Positions 9,323 to 18,128 of a stretch of 18,163 bases of DNA are shown in pieces (positions within the stretch are counted from its first letter, which is position 1; each line of letters opens with the position of its first letter). The notes under the pieces are model-generated. The model searched no databases. It saw only the letters and a program-made list of their open reading frames with translations, and was not told where the DNA came from. The DNA is from Simkaniaceae bacterium (GTDB taxonomy: Bacteria; Chlamydiota; Chlamydiia; Chlamydiales; JAJFMI01), in assembly GCA_040880145.1 (NCBI GenBank), contig JBBDIZ010000023.1:1-18163 (forward strand), in the 5' to 3' direction. Both the position numbers and the translations under genes were made by a program.

Positions 9323-9856
9323 TTAAGCTTTAATTGGAAATCGGAAGGCTCTGTACGAGCAGTTGACTATTCCCACGGCTAAAGCCGTTTGGATTCCTAA
9401 TTCACGTTTGAGCTCATTACCAAAGCCATTGCGAGGGTAGAGCAACGGGATGTCAATATTGAATTTACAGAAACAATGTTGCACTACCATTTTTTCTGCT
9501 TCTTTGATCGTGCAAGATATGTATGCGTACTCTTGATCTAACTCAATCTGATTGATCTTTTCGATATTCTTTTGGAAGTCTATTTCTAATTTCAAGCAGG
9601 GAATTTTGATTCGTCCCTTCTCAAACTTTATTGATTGTGAGGGTACAGTTAGCTTAACCGAAGATACCCTCTTTAGCTTTTTGTTTGATGAATACTTTTT
9701 AAGAATCTGATTCGCAATAGCCGATTTTAATCCGATGTGTTTTACGTCTTTGGATGATCTGCTTTTTGTCTTTAGTGCAAAAAGAGCGACTTGCCTTCCC
9801 TTCGCAAGTTCCGCAGATAAATCTCGGCTGTATTTCACTTTGTATGTTAGAATCAT
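9323..9856 (-). pseudogene. tnpB: Truncated TnpB: N-terminal ~125 aa only; the frame then reads through the right end into the flank
   Basis: Basic N-terminus MILTYKVKY.. inside IS605 ends and divergent from tnpA. Resemblance stops near 9480, just before the expected RuvC-I GxD; no Zn-finger or RuvC motifs remain. Confidence 0.75.
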
Positions 9857-9893
9857 GGTTGAATGATAAGGTTGCCAAATATATAATGTCAAT
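9857..9893. promoter_or_regulatory. Overlapping divergent sigma70/sigma66-type promoters for tnpA and tnpB
   Basis: Plus strand TTGAAT(9859-9864)-17-TATAAT(9882-9887); minus strand TTGACA(9892-9887)-18-TATCAT(9868-9863). Confidence 0.7.
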
Positions 9894-10289
9894 ATGAGTA
9901 GATGGACAACTTCAAAAACAGCCGTATTTAATTTGAGTTATCACCTAATTTGGTGCCCAAAATATCGCAGGAAGGTTCTTGTGGGAGATATCAAAGACCG
10001 ATTAATCAAATTGATTTATGAGAAAGCCGAGCAACTCGAGCTTGAAATAGTTGAAGCAAACATACAACCCGATCACGTCCATCTTTTTGTTAGATCTAAG
10101 CCGATTCATTCACCACAATTTGTTGTTGGACAACTAAAAGGATGCACCAGCAGAATGTTGAGAAAAGAGTTTTCAACTTTAAGAACTAGAATTCCAACTT
10201 TATGGACACGATCATACTATGTTGATAGCGTAGGAAAGCTTAATGAATATACAATTAGAAAATACATACAAGAGCAGGACAAAAAATAG
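9894..10289 (+). CDS. tnpA: IS200/IS605 Y1 HUH transposase, apparently intact
   Basis: YHLIWCPKYRR, PDHVHLF (HUH), LKG.TSR, LWTRSYY, KYIQEQ (catalytic Tyr). Confidence 0.96.
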   Translation: MSRWTTSKTAVFNLSYHLIWCPKYRRKVLVGDIKDRLIKLIYEKAEQLELEIVEANIQPDHVHLFVRSKPIHSPQFVVGQLKGCTSRMLRKEFSTLRTRIPTLWTRSYYVDSVGKLNEYTIRKYIQEQDKK

Positions 10290-10412
10290 ACGCTCTCATC
10301 CCACGATTGAAACCGTTGGCTTTCCCGCTTTTGTCGTAAACTAGAAACACATTTGTCTCGCAAGAAATTTAACAATTGATTCAAAACCCCAAATTTTGAA
10401 TTATTTTCGGTA

Positions 10413-10770
10413 TAGTTGGCCAAGGACAATCTCATTGTCAGTTGCAAATGCGCTCACCATATGAATGGCGCTTAAATCCGAAGAGCTTTCTTTTGACTTC
10501 CATGACTTTGGGATTCAAATGCCTAAAGAATCGCCAATATGTATCATGGGAAGGTGCTCCTTCAAGGCAAATCCCTAAAGACTGCAACCACAATAAATTT
10601 CCTTCAGTCCACATACTTACATCTTCCCAATCTTCATAGCCGCACAAAATGGCCATAATAGCTGTGCTGCTGATGTCTTCTAGAGAGTAAAGTTGATTTC
10701 GAAATTTACGAGGGTCTGGGATAACTGAAAAAATCTGCATAAAGTGTGACTCTTGTATTTTTGATGACAT
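10413..10770 (-). pseudogene. ISAs1-family transposase remnant with an internal deletion/frameshift and 3' truncation
   Basis: IPDPR..YSL..AILCG..W..PSHDT in the listed frame. After ~10500 another frame gives SAIHMVSAFATDNEIVLGQL; the intervening IAIDGK segment is missing. Confidence 0.88.
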
Positions 10771-10832
10771 TGTATAACCTCCTGGAAAGGTCTACAACGC
10801 TTCAAAAAAAGTCGCTAAATATCAAGAAAATT

Positions 10833-10850
10833 CTTCATGCGATTGCCCTG
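10833..10850 (-). mobile_element. ISAs1 left terminal inverted repeat (second copy 12421-12438)
   Basis: Minus strand CAGGGCAATCGCATGAAG, starting 80 bp upstream of the transposase ATG; CAGGG-type termini are typical of ISAs1 elements. Confidence 0.72.
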
Positions 10851-10978
10851 GCTTTGCCGGTTAAGATTATTTTTTACTGTACCGCCATTGCACCGCGAGG
10901 CAATAATTTAAACTTTTGCTTGATATTCGATCAAGCTGAATTTGCCTCAAGTGCTGTGGAATGTGCTAGTTAAAAGTG

Positions 10979-11020
10979 TGGGGCAAGCAGGACTTGAACC
11001 TGCGACCAACGGATTATGAG
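10979..11020 (-). other. Duplicated 3' half of tRNA(CAT): att core
   Basis: 42 bp from the anticodon loop CTCATAA to the discriminator, identical to 12567-12608; the 5' half is absent. Confidence 0.92.
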
Positions 11021-11159
11021 GGAGCGAGAAAATACTTTTACTCCACACCATCCAACCTCAATGGACCAGATTATATGGAGCCCCTCTTAAAAAATCTAAT
11101 GGTTTGTGCGGGTTGATGATCATTGTTTTGACGACCCGTTGCACCGTTTTTGCACCGGT

Positions 11160-11897
11160 TCAGACCATCAGTGAGTCTAAAAAATCCCATTTTTCTCTAA
11201 TTTTATCCGCAATCTCAGAGACGACGGCATTAATTGGAGGAGAAGGGTTGCGATTTTTCTGTTTAGTCCAGAAATAAGGTACTTCTAGCTTCTCAACACA
11301 AAGTTTTTCTGCTACTTCTCCAACGAGGCGAGAGAAATGCGTGACTGAGAGCAATATGTTTAGCTGTGCCTGGTAGCGATTTGGGTTGAATGGTTTTATA
11401 TGTGACAATAGTCCATCTCGATTAATCCATTGTCGAACAATTAGATCCGAATCCATGTGGTGGGATACTTTTGATAACATTCCATAAGAATCTCCTATAC
11501 CTTGCGTTGGGTGCTGTTTGACAGCGAAGGAAATTGATTTAGATGCCTGATGTTCACCCTTTTGCAAGGCTGCATATACTTTCTCATTTTCTGAGGCCTC
11601 TATAATGCAGCACAAATCTTCTAAAATCATACGGAGATTATTAAAAATGGTTCGCTCATGACCCCGCTCTAAAGCGTCCAAACTGCAGCAACAATCCGAT
11701 AGCAAATTTCGGCTCATCATAAGCAGCCGTATTTGCTTTGCATTGTCAGTGGTAGAAGTGGATTCAACCTGTAAACATTTGTCAATTACAGACGAACTCA
11801 CTCTGATGACTTCCCATGTCTTGTCTAGTAGGTCGCCTAAATGCTTTTCGAAATCATTCGAATTGCTTTCAGCAGTTTTTTTGAAGGAACGTCTCAT
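11160..11897 (-). CDS. Hypothetical helical protein (245 aa), possibly DUF5677/HEPN-like
   Basis: Long ORF with ATGA overlap to the upstream ORF; LRMILE and YGMLSKVSH resemble the R..LE / Y..LS...H pattern. Confidence 0.55.
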   Translation of the reverse strand: MRRSFKKTAESNSNDFEKHLGDLLDKTWEVIRVSSSVIDKCLQVESTSTTDNAKQIRLLMMSRNLLSDCCCSLDALERGHERTIFNNLRMILEDLCCIIEASENEKVYAALQKGEHQASKSISFAVKQHPTQGIGDSYGMLSKVSHHMDSDLIVRQWINRDGLLSHIKPFNPNRYQAQLNILLSVTHFSRLVGEVAEKLCVEKLEVPYFWTKQKNRNPSPPINAVVSEIADKIREKWDFLDSLMV

Positions 11898-12358
11898 AGT
11901 GTTATCTTAGACTCAGTGCTATCAAGAGCTTTCAGCCTGTCTTCTAATTGCTGATCAAACGTCCATGGTTGCTCAAGCCAGAATGCATATTCAAACGGAC
12001 GTAAATCGTTATATGCATCAATTCCAATTGCAATGGCGTTCAGTGCTTGCAATCGATATTTCTCCAGCACCAGGCATGCTCGGCCTTGGTTTTCCATTTC
12101 TGAGGTAGTATTGCCTTTGGAAGATATCAATATAACGGCTGTATCCCGATCTTTAAAACGCAGCGTGAGAAAACGTTGATTAGGACGTGTTTTGTTTTTA
12201 ATTATTTCGAGATGTTGCTCGATGTAGTCTATCGCTTTTGGAGAAAGTGACAATAATGTAAAAGCAATCCATCGAGCTGAAGTGTCATCACGATGCCTAA
12301 GCTCCTTTAAAAGATCTTTAAATTTAGGGGGCAAGTTTATTTCAATTACAGGCTTCAC
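11894..12358 (-). CDS. Hypothetical protein (154 aa), probably the C-terminal remnant of a longer gene fused to an ISAs1 leader
   Basis: GTG start abuts the 250-bp repeat boundary; uses the ISAs1 GGAGG RBS (12366-12370). Confidence 0.5.
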   Translation of the reverse strand: MKPVIEINLPPKFKDLLKELRHRDDTSARWIAFTLLSLSPKAIDYIEQHLEIIKNKTRPNQRFLTLRFKDRDTAVILISSKGNTTSEMENQGRACLVLEKYRLQALNAIAIGIDAYNDLRPFEYAFWLEQPWTFDQQLEDRLKALDSTESKITL

Positions 12359-12640
<282 letters not shown>

Positions 12641-12651
12641 AAGATTAGACA

Positions 12652-12680
12652 ATTATAGATGAGCATCGAAGAAAAATCAA
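12652..12680 (-). promoter_or_regulatory. Putative promoter of the tRNA
   Basis: TTGATT-17-TATAAT ending 11 nt upstream of the tRNA 5' end. Confidence 0.7.
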
Positions 12681-13621
12681 GAAAGGGATTCGATGGAAAT
12701 AATCAGGGCTTTATCACTCTTATAATACTTGCAGTGCTTCGGTACCGAGATCGGGATTTCTTTCTCGTGGTAGGCTAGATGTGGATTTGTGATAACCTTG
12801 TTTAAAAAGAGCTCATCTTCATATTTTGAGGTGGGGTCTTCAATATAGCAGGAAATACGCCCTCCTTTTCGAATATGGGACTTAAGGATCATTTCCAAAA
12901 AGGTATGGAAACGGTCGCTGAGTTGACGCGATGGAATGAGCTTTTCTTTTGCCATTTTATCGAGATCGTCTTGGGTGATTTTATCCTCTTTTAAAAGGCG
13001 GCTGTGGATCATTTCGAGCTGCTTTAAGGTGATTTGCTCCGCCTTTTGAAGTTTTGAAAAAAATTTAAGAAAGTGTACCCCTTCATTCGAAGTCTCCTTT
13101 TCAAGATTCATAAAAAAATATTCTAGATCTTCATCTTTATATTTGAGCTCATTTATAAATGAAAATTTCTTTTCTATTTTTTCAAGCAGCTTTTTCCCTC
13201 GGGAGAGTAGGGGCGCTGCGCGTTTTTGAATTTTTTGAGCTCTTTTTGTCTCCTCTTTCCCTTCTAATGGATAGTCATCAAAGAAAAGGGTATCATACCG
13301 ACCAAGTGATGGAAGGGCGTTTTGCCAGGTGTCATGGATGAGCGTGACGCTGGGTTTGTCTTTTGCCCACTCCTTGGCTTTCTCAAAGACCACCGGATGG
13401 TATTCAATTATTGTATGACTCTTGATGGGATATTCTTGAATGGCGTTTGCGCTATAACCACAGCCAAAGCCAATTTCTAAGACATCTCCACGAGGGTCAA
13501 GCTCTTTGATACACGCTTCCATATAGGGTTTCTCCCACGCCATCATAACTTGAAACTCATCATCTTTTATTAAGATTTCTTCACCTGTTTCATCTTTTGC
13601 ATAGGTCATTTTAGGATACAT
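12677..13621 (-). CDS. Class I SAM-dependent methyltransferase, GAMT/RMT2-like
   Basis: VMMAWEKPYM, VLEIGFGCG, HTIIEYHPVV, W, YDTLFFDDY. Start could be 13627, 13621 or 13609. Confidence 0.82.
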   Translation of the reverse strand: MYPKMTYAKDETGEEILIKDDEFQVMMAWEKPYMEACIKELDPRGDVLEIGFGCGYSANAIQEYPIKSHTIIEYHPVVFEKAKEWAKDKPSVTLIHDTWQNALPSLGRYDTLFFDDYPLEGKEETKRAQKIQKRAAPLLSRGKKLLEKIEKKFSFINELKYKDEDLEYFFMNLEKETSNEGVHFLKFFSKLQKAEQITLKQLEMIHSRLLKEDKITQDDLDKMAKEKLIPSRQLSDRFHTFLEMILKSHIRKGGRISCYIEDPTSKYEDELFLNKVITNPHLAYHEKEIPISVPKHCKYYKSDKALIISIESLS

Positions 13622-13704
13622 GTTCACCCTGAGTTTTTTTGAAGTATAAACCAGTTGCGACTTTTTTTGTACTCTACTATATAGGAATCAGGGATGGAAT
13701 ATCT

Positions 13705-14892
13705 ATGAAATTGAGTAGGTTTTTTTTACTTTCTATTTTCGCGATTTGCTATGGCGATATTAAAGATGAAGATTGCATTAGCTTAATCAATGGCCGAACC
13801 GGCTCTTTTGCTCACGCGGAAAGCATCCCGATTGAGCATCTCGAAGAGCAAAGTGATGCTTATCTCGAAGGTTACATCCAGGCGATGATCGATGCGACCT
13901 ACTATGATATGAATGTCATTGTCTATGTTAAAGAACGGGTCGTTTACCTTTATAATCTTCCCAATAACAAGATGTTAAAAAGCTCTATTGTCAACTTCGT
14001 TGAGGATATTCCAGAAGTTGAGTGTGTGATCGCTGAAGATGAAATGCCTCCGGAAGTTGTCGCCGATATCGAAGAAACCACTGTAAGACCTCAGCTTAAA
14101 GGGGTCTGGTTCCCTCAAAATACAGTCTTATTTCAACCAATTATCGCCGATCCTTGGGAGCCGACCTACTCAGCGGGCTATCGCTGGGGCGATGATCAGC
14201 TCGGGGCCAAAGTCGTTGCGGTCTCCTATGGAGATGAATTTCCCATTTTTCGGTGGTTTGATGTCTTTCCCGTTCATGGCGATCTGCAAATTGGAATCAC
14301 AGCCGGGGTTTGGTCAACGTTTAAAATGAATGCTCAAACGCAAGGGGCTTTTTCTGAACTTGTCAATACCGATTACCTCGTAGGGCCCATGCTAACTTAT
14401 GCTTTTGATAAATGGTCTTTTCGCCTTCGGTTTTACCACATCTCTTGTCATTTAGGAGATGAGTTTTTAGTGAATCATCCCTTTTATCCAAGGGTCAACC
14501 CCAGCATGGAAGCTATCGATTTTTTCACTGCCTGTCAAATCACAAAGGGCATCCGCCTCTACTTTGGCCCAGGTTGGGTCATTCACTCAGATGATAGTTT
14601 CAAAATCGCTCCTTTCTATATCGAATGGGGCGGAGAGTCTCGGTTTTGGGGAAGAAAATATTATTATCACCAACTTTATGGTTCATTCTTTCTTGCCGTC
14701 AACTTTCGGAATTGGCAAGAAAATGACTGGGCGTTTGATGTCTCAACTCTTCTCGGTTATGAGTGGAGCAAACTTCAGGGTGTGGGTCGAAAAATCCGAA
14801 TCTTTGGTGAATGGCATGATGGATACTGCGAGGGCCAGTTCTTTAAAGACCGTTGCTCATGGCTTTCCGTTCGCCTCGCCTGGGGATTTTAA
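13705..14892 (+). CDS. DUF1207-family protein (signal peptide; probable outer-membrane protein)
   Basis: MKLSRFFLLSIF signal; YLEGYIQA, GVWFPQ..LFQP.IADP, LVNTDY, RFYHISCHLGDEF; C-terminal Phe. ATG 13705 preferred over TTG 13639. Confidence 0.82.
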   Translation: MKLSRFFLLSIFAICYGDIKDEDCISLINGRTGSFAHAESIPIEHLEEQSDAYLEGYIQAMIDATYYDMNVIVYVKERVVYLYNLPNNKMLKSSIVNFVEDIPEVECVIAEDEMPPEVVADIEETTVRPQLKGVWFPQNTVLFQPIIADPWEPTYSAGYRWGDDQLGAKVVAVSYGDEFPIFRWFDVFPVHGDLQIGITAGVWSTFKMNAQTQGAFSELVNTDYLVGPMLTYAFDKWSFRLRFYHISCHLGDEFLVNHPFYPRVNPSMEAIDFFTACQITKGIRLYFGPGWVIHSDDSFKIAPFYIEWGGESRFWGRKYYYHQLYGSFFLAVNFRNWQENDWAFDVSTLLGYEWSKLQGVGRKIRIFGEWHDGYCEGQFFKDRCSWLSVRLAWGF

Positions 14893-16989
14893 AAAACCAT
14901 CAAGGTATGTGGGCCCATTGGGCCCAATGTCTAGTTGGCCGCTAAAAAATTTTCTATACACAGAAAGCGCTTCTTTTGCATCTCTAACGACATAGAAACA
15001 ATTGGATATCCATTCGGATCCTTCTATAGTTCCACATTGTAAATTCTGCTGATATCGACTTGTGATTTTATTCACCCAGTAGTCATTGCTTCCAAATAAT
15101 AAAATAGGTGTCACAAGGGAAGCGCCCACTTTTCTTCGAACTTCTTCTAGAGCATATTCAAAATCTGTACCTATCCCTCCTGTCAAAAATATAGGTAGAT
15201 CGAGATGGAATTCAGCTTGTCTTTCAACTAATCGGTCGATTCGGTAGGTCATTTTGGCTTCAATATAGGGGTTTTGATGCTGTTCATTAATGATTGCATC
15301 AGGTCTCGAGAAGTCGACAATATTGGCACATGAGAGCACTTGGCATTCAAGCGCAGCTTTATTTCCAATCATCATGGCTCCAGGTCCCCCGCCTGTCACG
15401 AGGGCAAGAGGGGTCTTGGGATTAAGTAAGGGATGATTCATTTCTTGCTTCATCACTTGAAGGCCTTTTAGAAGGGCCCCAAGTTCATACTCAAAATGGC
15501 CTTGTATTAAATTCGATCCATAGACGCCAATAAAGGTGGCTTCAGTAAAATTTGAGATTTTATCCTTGGGAACAAACATCCCTGTGTCTTTATCTCCACG
15601 GGGAATAAATTGCAGGATTTTTTGACTCTTCTCATCACACCAATAAACGGGAATTCCAAATTTGACAAGATCGATGAGGAGGGAGCGGTCTTCATGGGAA
15701 AAAAACTCTTGATACTCCCTTGAAGGGGAGAGAAAATAGATGCCCTTTAATAATTTTTGAACGCGGTCTGAAAGCAGCATGCGCTTGAGTAGAGGAGTTG
15801 GAAAATAGCGGGTTAATAGAATCCCTTCCGATGCAATAAAATTTTCTTCAATCGCTTTTAGGTAAGGATAAATAGGCTGCTCTTCAATATAGCGCTCCAC
15901 TAAATAGGCTTGCTTCTCCAAATGACTTAAACCCGGAAAGGGCGTTTTTTCAGTCTCGATTGCAATCCAATCAGCAGGGGTAAGCCCTAAGAGCTGGGTC
16001 CCTTTTACAACGAAGGTTGCTGCTAGGTGATGGCTGGGTTGAGGAGCTGTCTGAAAAGCTTTAAATAAATGGTGCTGATTTTCAATGCAGTCTTTAAGCT
16101 GGTCGCGATCACTAAAAAATACGTGCTCTTTATAGGGCTCCAATGTGTAAAATTCAAGGGGAATCTGATCGATTTCACAGGAGCTTTCTCCATAAAATTC
16201 ATAGATATCTCCTGATGCAAAGGTGTTGGGTTGAAGAATATCGGCTTTTGTATGGTTAAATCCTTTCGGGAGCTCTTCATTGACAACCTTGGCGAAAACA
16301 GTTCGAATGTGCAAGGGTTCGGTTCGCACAATTAATAACTGATTTTTTTTGACCTTTCGGGCTGAGGCTTCTTTTTGATGCATTCGAAGAAGCTCTCTAA
16401 ATGAAAAATTTGAATTATTGAGTCCTTTCCCTATTGTTGGTAAAAGGCCATAGATAAAGGTATCATATTCATAACTTGATTTCAAAAGGGGAAGATAGGC
16501 GATTATGCGTCCTTCTTTCTTTTTTAGCGGAAGCGAGTCATGGGCATCAAGATACCCAAATGAGAGGAGCGGCTCGCCTTTCTGGTCGGATCTGCCAAAA
16601 ATGCGCTGTAAATAATAGGGGTCTCGTACGCGACGCGTTAGATCGTTGGCGAATAACTTTCCAACGTAGGCGCCCTCTTGAATATAGTCCAAAAGTTCTT
16701 TTCCAATTTTATCGATAGAGGCAAGTTTGATTGAGGCTAGGGCGGTATGCGCTTTTTTGTTGAGTTCCAAATCAAGAAGTTCAGCTTCGATTCCAAGTTG
16801 GGCTAACGTGCTTTTTAAATTGAATGTAATGGAGTGAGTGCCAAGAAAAAAGCCTCGAAATCGTCTGGGGATTTTTTCAATGAAAAAGTCTGCAAAAAGC
16901 TCTTTTTCTGTACGGTTTGTGATTAATGCAACCCGGCCATCAGGGGTTGTAAGATCGGAAATTGGTGAAAAGAGGTCTTGTGGATACAT
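14857..16989 (-). CDS. Large chlamydial LOG-family (lysine-decarboxylase-like) protein, 710 aa
   Basis: C-terminal domain with GVYGS, VTGGGPGAM, LVERQ and GGIGTDFE motifs. Confidence 0.82.
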   Translation of the reverse strand: MYPQDLFSPISDLTTPDGRVALITNRTEKELFADFFIEKIPRRFRGFFLGTHSITFNLKSTLAQLGIEAELLDLELNKKAHTALASIKLASIDKIGKELLDYIQEGAYVGKLFANDLTRRVRDPYYLQRIFGRSDQKGEPLLSFGYLDAHDSLPLKKKEGRIIAYLPLLKSSYEYDTFIYGLLPTIGKGLNNSNFSFRELLRMHQKEASARKVKKNQLLIVRTEPLHIRTVFAKVVNEELPKGFNHTKADILQPNTFASGDIYEFYGESSCEIDQIPLEFYTLEPYKEHVFFSDRDQLKDCIENQHHLFKAFQTAPQPSHHLAATFVVKGTQLLGLTPADWIAIETEKTPFPGLSHLEKQAYLVERYIEEQPIYPYLKAIEENFIASEGILLTRYFPTPLLKRMLLSDRVQKLLKGIYFLSPSREYQEFFSHEDRSLLIDLVKFGIPVYWCDEKSQKILQFIPRGDKDTGMFVPKDKISNFTEATFIGVYGSNLIQGHFEYELGALLKGLQVMKQEMNHPLLNPKTPLALVTGGGPGAMMIGNKAALECQVLSCANIVDFSRPDAIINEQHQNPYIEAKMTYRIDRLVERQAEFHLDLPIFLTGGIGTDFEYALEEVRRKVGASLVTPILLFGSNDYWVNKITSRYQQNLQCGTIEGSEWISNCFYVVRDAKEALSVYRKFFSGQLDIGPNGPTYLDGFLKSPGEANGKP

Positions 16990-17196
16990 ATAGGATTGAT
17001 CTATATCATAAATGTTGAATTTTGTGGAAATTGTGTTTAAAGAGTGTTGATTGTTGTTGATAAGACCTTATCTTCTTGAGGCTAAAACGGTTGGGGTGAA
17101 GTTCTTAAGCGCCTTATTTTAAACAACTTACGAGACTTAACTCAAATCCAATGAAAAATAAATAAAAATTGTTCATAACTTAAGGCTTTTATCCTC

Positions 17197-17225
17197 TTGT
17201 TCTATTTTATTTGCTTTGCTAGAAT
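17197..17225 (+). promoter_or_regulatory. Putative promoter of the MYG1 gene
   Basis: TTGTTC-17-TAGAAT with an extended TGn, 24 nt before ATG 17250. Confidence 0.55.
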
Positions 17226-17249
17226 GAAGTATTTCAATTACAGGCGGTT

Positions 17250-18128
17250 ATGCAAAAACGACAATGCGGTACTCACGATGGGACCTTTCATGCAGATGAA
17301 GTAACAGCAGTAGCAATGCTGATCCTTTTTGACTTGATCGATGAGGAGGCAGTCATTCGAACGCGTGATAAAGCGCTTTTAGATGAGTGTGAATATGTGT
17401 GTGACGTAGGGGGAATCTATGAGGTTCAAATGAAAAGATTTGATCATCATCAATCAGATTATCAAGCTTACTTAAGTAGCGCGGGTATGATTTTAAGCTA
17501 TCTTAAGGAGAAAGCGATTATTTCACCTGACCTCTATCAGTTTCTCAATCGCTCATTAATCATGGGAATCGATGCGGTCGATAATGGTCAAGTGACCCCG
17601 TCAATTGGCCACTGCTCTTTTTCCGGTGTTATTTCCAATTTCGTTCCCGTATCTCACGAATCAAGCCGATCGGATATGGATAAAGCATTTTTCGAGGCGG
17701 TCACTTTTGTTAAAGGGCATCTCTCTCGCTTAATGCAGCGCTACCATTATATTAAGTCGTGCCGCTCATGTGTGGAAAAAGCAATGAAGGAGGGGAAAGA
17801 CCTATTAATTTTTGATCGGCCCATGCCTTGGATGGAGTCCTTTTTTGAATTAGGTGGGGAAGAACATCCCGCCTCTTTTTTGATTATGCCAACAGGTGAA
17901 AATTGGAAGCTCCGCGGCATCCCCCCCTCGCTTCGTGATCGAATGAATGTTCGAATTCCCCTTCCTGTAAAATGGGCGGGACTCCTCGATGATGAGTTAG
18001 AGAAAGCATGTCAAATCAAAGGGGGTATCTTCTGTCACAAGGGGCGCTTTATCTCTGTATGGAAAACAAAAGAAGCGGCAATTGAGGCTTATAAAAAAGC
18101 AACCCATATGTCAACTACCCACGACTAA
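17250..18128 (+). CDS. MYG1-family (UPF0160) metal-dependent hydrolase/exonuclease
   Basis: GTHDGTFHADE, IRTRD, VCDVGG.Y, RFDHHQ, LSSAG, IDAVDNG, WAGL, IFCH..RFI. Confidence 0.93.
   Translation: MQKRQCGTHDGTFHADEVTAVAMLILFDLIDEEAVIRTRDKALLDECEYVCDVGGIYEVQMKRFDHHQSDYQAYLSSAGMILSYLKEKAIISPDLYQFLNRSLIMGIDAVDNGQVTPSIGHCSFSGVISNFVPVSHESSRSDMDKAFFEAVTFVKGHLSRLMQRYHYIKSCRSCVEKAMKEGKDLLIFDRPMPWMESFFELGGEEHPASFLIMPTGENWKLRGIPPSLRDRMNVRIPLPVKWAGLLDDELEKACQIKGGIFCHKGRFISVWKTKEAAIEAYKKATHMSTTHD

Larger units (their letters stand above)
9363..10335 (-). mobile_element. IS200/IS605-family (IS608-like) element, 973 bp, with divergent tnpA and internally deleted tnpB
   Basis: Minus strand: target TTAC (10336-10339), AAAG guide (10320-10323), left hairpin 10301-10319; GAAT (9393-9396), right hairpin 9373-9392, TCAA end (9363-9366). 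Confidence 0.9.
10771..11020. repeat. 250-bp direct repeat, copy 1 (ISAs1 leader + island arm + tRNA 3' half)
   Basis: Identical by eye to 12359-12608 (offset 1588). Confidence 0.97.

Noticed and set aside
9857..9892. TTG-initiated N-terminal extension of TnpB
   Set aside because: That TTG is the -35 box TTGACA; ATG 9856 fits better.
10746..10973. 75-aa plus-strand ORF
   Set aside because: Runs across the ISAs1 leader, inverted repeat and arm sites; no RBS or family resemblance.
10979..11020. Second functional tRNA gene
   Set aside because: The D arm and 5' acceptor strand are missing; it is an att core.
14857..14892. 36-bp tail-to-tail overlap of the DUF1207 and LOG genes
   Set aside because: Short convergent overlaps are common in compact genomes.
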